A stretch of DNA of 63,481 bases, the filler included, from Octopus bimaculoides (lineage: Eukaryota), in assembly GCF_001194135.2 (NCBI RefSeq). It is 7 parts of 5 records of this genome, joined end to end, with 100 filler letters (N's around TTAATTAATTAA, not from the genome) between each part and the next. Parts side by side here need not be neighbours in the genome. Positions count along the whole stretch, not along the records: positions 62,148 to 63,481 come from NC_069006.1; 6 more parts are not named here. One strand, given 5' to 3'. Both the position numbers and the translations under genes were made by a program. Of this stretch, positions 62,048-63,481 are shown piece after piece (the stretch's first letter is position 1; every line of letters starts with the position of its first letter). The notes beneath the pieces are model-generated. The model did not search any database. It was given only the letters and a program-made list of their open reading frames with translations, and had not been told where the DNA came from.

Positions 62048-62191
62048 NNNNNNNNNNNNNNNNNNNNNNNNNNNNNNNNNNNNNNNNNNNNTTAATTAAT
62101 TAANNNNNNNNNNNNNNNNNNNNNNNNNNNNNNNNNNNNNNNNNNNNCTCTCTCTCTCTCTGTCCCTCTACCCATCTGTCTGTCTGTCTCA

Positions 62192-62258
<67 letters not shown>

Positions 62259-62647
62259 CCTGTCAGCCTATCTACCTACCTATATTTCTATCTATCCGTC
62301 TCCATTGTTTCGGAACCCCCAAAAACAAAAACAAAAAATCAACAAAACAATGTCCTCTTCTAAACAAAACCTCGCCAAAAACATCTGTTTTATATAAATG
62401 AACAAGCTGTTTGAACATTCGCAAAATNNNNNNNNNNNNNNNNNNNNNNNNNNNNNNNNNNNNNNNNNNNNNNNNNNNNNNNNNNNNNNNNNNNNNNNNN
62501 NNNNNNNNNNNNNNNNNNNNNNNNNNNGAGAGAGAGAGAGAGAGAGAGATAGATATGTATGTATATAAGACAAGGAATAAATAATGGTCATTACATATAC
62601 CTTTACTGTAGTAAGTTTGACATATAGCTTTTCCAGTACTCCTTATA

Positions 62648-63158
62648 CAGGGTGTCTACAAGATCTGGGTACATGGAGCAAATAAAATCATAACATAAAC
62701 AGGAGTGGCTGTGTGGTAAGTTGCTTGCCTACCAACCACATGGTTCCGGGTTCAGTCCAACTGCGTGGCACCTTGGGCAAGTGTCTTCTACTAAAGCCTT
62801 GTGAATGGATTTGGTAGACGGAAACTGAAAGAAGCCCGTCGTATATATGTATATATACATATATATGTGTACGTATGTGTGTTTGTGTGTCTGTTTTTTT
62901 GTCCCCCCACCATCGCTTAACAACCGATGCTGGTGTGCTTATGTCCCCGTAACTTAGCGGTTCGGCAAAAAGAGACCCATAGAATAAGTACTAGGCTTAC
63001 AAAGAATAAGTCCTGGGGTCGATTTGCTCGACTAAAGGCGGTGCTCCAGCATGGCCACATTCAAATGACTGAAACAAGTAAAAGAGTAAAATATAAGAAA
63101 TAATAATTTCTTAAAGTATGTGTTAATCCCCATGTACCCAGACTTTGTGGACACCCTG
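62648..63158. mobile_element. Tc1/mariner-type MITE with TA flanks, split by a SINE
   Basis: TA|CAGGGTGTCTACAAGATCTGGGTACATGG ... CCATGTACCCAGACTTTGTGGACACCCTG|TA. Confidence 0.85.
62701..63087 (+). mobile_element. Full-length SINE family B
   Basis: A-box TGGCTGTGTGGTAAG, B-box GGGTTCAGTCC, a CORE-like ACCTTGGGCAAGT, an internal (TA/TG)n and an AAGTAAAAGAG tail. Confidence 0.92.
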
Positions 63159-63359
63159 TAGAATCATTATAGATTGCTTTACTCAATAGCATAAAAATGT
63201 GGGATGTGCATGTTCGACATCCCAGAAGATTTGGCTGTTATTTCTAGCATGTGGAGAAACCACATCCAGTCTCGTTCAGACATTGGGTTGGCCGTCACCC
63301 ACACATTGGCAGGGCAGCAACCGCGTTTCAAAGCAGTCGGAACATTGGCGTGTTGGGCG

Positions 63360-63481
<122 letters not shown>

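Overview
AT-rich, microsatellite- and retroposon-dense animal DNA with many N gaps. The SINE families and repeat style suggest an octopod cephalopod, but that is an inference. Six identical 100-nt spacers (N44-TTAATTAATTAA-N44) mark assembly joins, so adjacency across them is not guaranteed. Only one protein-coding gene is clearly supported: an intronless FIT-family gene (FITM2-like, minus strand, 6991-7950). Positions 1 to about 5750 show strong CpG decay in embedded repeats and a T-rich minus strand. This suggests the methylated body of a second, unidentified minus-strand gene just downstream of FITM2, for which candidate splice sites and exons are visible. The rest is mostly transposon debris. 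It includes tRNA-derived SINE families; RTE, Tx1/L1-like, R4/Dong-like and Penelope-like retroelement fragments; mariner, hAT and pogo-like DNA transposon remnants; a MITE family carrying an internal (TAACCC)n/(GGGTTA)n hairpin; Helitron-type ends; and degenerate minimal hammerhead ribozyme motifs. A GC-rich 50-codon candidate first exon lies at 60005-60155. I found no CRISPR array, rRNA or convincing intact tRNA gene. No clearly novel multi-gene system is demonstrated. The best leads are the FITM2 and downstream-gene transcript architecture, the candidate exon or small ORF at 60 kb, the telomeric-hairpin MITE, SINE multimers with a recurrent palindromic junction, and the hairpin cluster at 41.8-43.2 kb.
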